A stretch of DNA of 64,000 nucleotides from Takakia lepidozioides (lineage: Eukaryota; Plantae; Bryophyta), in NCBI GenBank assembly GCA_030704615.1, contig CM060734.1:8618001-8682000 (forward strand). Direction: 5' to 3'. Positions 61,455 to 64,000 of this stretch are shown here, piece after piece. Every line of letters starts with the position of its first letter. Position 1 is the first letter of the stretch. The position numbers and the translations under genes are program-made. The notes under the pieces are model-generated. The model saw only the letters and a program-made list of their open reading frames with translations. It was not told where the DNA came from and searched no databases.

Positions 61455-63330
61455 CAAGACGATATTTTTTAGACTCACTTCTTTGACTTGGATGCCGAAG
61501 AATCGGGTGGTGTCGCTTCAGTGGGGTAGCCAGCAACATACCCCACACCGGCCTTCTTTCTGGGTGCACATGGATCATATATGTTCACCTTATCCCCAGT
61601 GTTGAACTGCATGGCCAACCACATTACAAAATCAGAATACATGAATAAAAACTACACTGAGCTGAAGGACCAGGGATAGAGTAGATAGGATAGAGGAGTA
61701 GGGCCGGACTTCAAGCTCCAGATTACCTATGATTCCCTGTGGATCAATAGCTACAAGAAACCTGCATGGGAAGATGGTCAATTAAAGGCAGCAACTGCAG
61801 CAGCACAATTGATAAAATCAGGATAGAGGATAAAGGAGCAGGGCCGGACTTGAAGCTCTAGATTATCTATGATTCCCTGTGGATCAAACCTGCATGGGTA
61901 GATGGTCGATTAAAGGCAGCAGTACAGTTGATAAAAGGCACATCAACCATGACCACAACTTCTCAAAGAAGATCAAGAGAGGGAGTCCACAATGCCTCTT
62001 CTTGAAGATACTTTGTGCGGCAGGCAGACTGACAGAGGCTCTACAGACTTTAAACCAATGAGGCATTTCAGCTCAGATTCAGATACGTATGTTTGTCTCT
62101 TGCTTAAGTGCATCAAGATAGCACTTGCATTAGACTTGAACAATGTAAGTCCATACACAATGCTACTTACCTCCCAGTCACCTTGTATGAGGGATACATC
62201 ATTGCTGCCGAATGACACACATTGCCAGAATCATTCAAAAGAACATTCACTTGTGCATACACACTCACCTTTCTACGATCAGTTTTTGTCGTTGCATCAC
62301 GATGTTGACGGCTTGAAGGCACTTTGGCTGAAGCTTCAGCTTCAGATGGCTTCTTTGGAGTCTGCAATTGCCTGTGTATTTTCCTAGCCTCGCACGCTAC
62401 AGTACTTGGCATAAAAAGAGCTGCCCTTTGATTTATCCTTTGCATGCCTCGTTTCTGAGGCTGCCTCATTGCACACAGCTTCATGCAGGGGATCAATGGC
62501 TGTTGATATTGGTGGTGGGAGGGAGGAAACAATTGTGCTTTTACCAGTCTCCACCTCTGACATCCCAACAGCCACTACTACACGAGGGGTTGGCATGAAT
62601 TCATCTTTGGACATGACGTCATCATCCCCCTCCATGTCTTCACCAAGCAGATCTCGTGCCATCATTGGGGTGTGTGGTGTTGATGCCATTGCCTTCTCTG
62701 GTGTGGAAGCAAATATAGTCAAGGTAGGCGCAGATATGGTGGGTGGTTCCAAGGCACGCTTTACGGTGGATGTAGGATGTTCTTGTGGCATTTCCAAGCC
62801 CAGCTTAGCTGCAAGGGCAAGGTTGAACTTGGCAGCTTCTTTAAGCTGGAGTTGAACTGCCGCCAAGGTTGCATTGGAGGGGGTTTCCATGCTCTGCTGC
62901 TTGCTTTCCATACCATCCAGACGGGCGGCCAATGCTCCAAGTCCCTACCCACACAAACCAACATCAGACACATGAGTCCCATCACCCATTGTCTGCAAAT
63001 ATACCCCCCCCCCCCCCCCCACCCCGTCCCCACTGCCTGCTTCGTTTTTAAAAAAGGGGAAGCATACTACAAGAGCAAAACAAACACCCGCCATCAACAA
63101 GGACCGTTATTCACTACCAAACACATTACCAACAAACTAAGAAGTCTCCAAACCAACAAACTACTCAGTCTATATGTCCAGTCATGTACCGGTGCCCCCC
63201 CATCGCTTGTGCAGTCGGACCCATATCCTTTGTTACTTCGAGCAGACTTGCCCACTTCATGCAAGCTTGGTTCATGCCCGGTTTCCATCTCCTGTGATGA
63301 CGCAAATTCATTGATAAGTAAAGCTACCAC
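61455..63330 (-). pseudogene. Multi-exon TE accessory gene remnant (possibly CACTA TnpA-like)
   Basis: Exon-like blocks bounded by AG/GT (e.g. FNTGDKVNIYDPCAPRKKAGVGYVAG; LAARLDGMESKQ coiled coil) adjacent to the subterminal repeat array. Confidence 0.35.
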
Positions 63331-64000
63331 AACATAGCAAGTCCATACTACAAGAGCACCACCACTCTTTCATGGTTATTTGTATTAGTGGACAAGTGAG
63401 TGAGATGAAAACCCTACAGAACTGGATGACAAAAAGGGAGAAACTCCACCAAAAAACCCCAAAAAACCATTGGTAATCAAAGAGGTGCAGGATATCACTC
63501 AGCCTCTCTCAAGCATTCAGTGCATCCCACTAAATTGTTGCAGGTTCACAACCACTGAAGGTTGATAGAAAAGCAGCCAAATGTATTGGGTGGTCATCCC
63601 AGCCAACATACTACATTTACAAGTAGAATTACAACATGTTGTGGATTTGCAAATATGCTAACACCTATGTGACGTATGCCTCAAGAGTGAGGGCATCCCC
63701 ATTCTCTGTTCAGGCTTCATATTTTTCAGTGGTGTCCAGTAGAATTCTACAGAAGAGTAGTTTCATGATATCTACCCCTCTCGACTCTATACAGCCTGCG
63801 GCGGCTGACCGGCCGGCCTCCCTCCCTGTATAGTCCTAAAAAACAAATATTGAGAGGTTTGTATCCCATGAGCATAGTCTGAGCAGGAAAGGAATGAGCA
63901 CAGCGTGAGCCAGAACAAAAACCAGCATGAGCCAGAACAAAAACCAGCATGAGCACAATCCATGGTTATAGGGGTAATGTGTTAGCAAACGGAAATACAA

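Overview
A transposon-dominated window from a eukaryotic genome, most likely a non-seed land plant. The evidence is spliceosomal introns, plant-type TE families, a DUF740 gene and a bacterial-type squalene-hopene cyclase pseudogene. Only two probable host genes are visible: an OCTOPUS/DUF740-like gene (44159-45739, +) and a small spliced conserved gene, probably mitoribosomal (46846-47890, -). The remainder is nested TEs: Ty3/Gypsy elements with a very large extra ORF after pol, a CACTA element, LINE fragments and a non-autonomous Helitron. Two things stand out. (1) A ~15 kb array (9269-24540) in which a Penelope-like RT cassette (Naiad/Chlamys-type motifs, no visible endonuclease, orphan upstream ORF) is embedded among four diverged non-coding modules in alternating orientation. 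The modules are joined at GAGAGAGGG repeats and carry a perfectly conserved two-state hairpin, CATCC/GGATG palindrome arrays and a conserved terminal motif. (2) A CACTA transposon whose decayed transposase carries an intact SET-domain ORF inside its predicted first intron. All family assignments come from motif recognition by eye, not from database searches.
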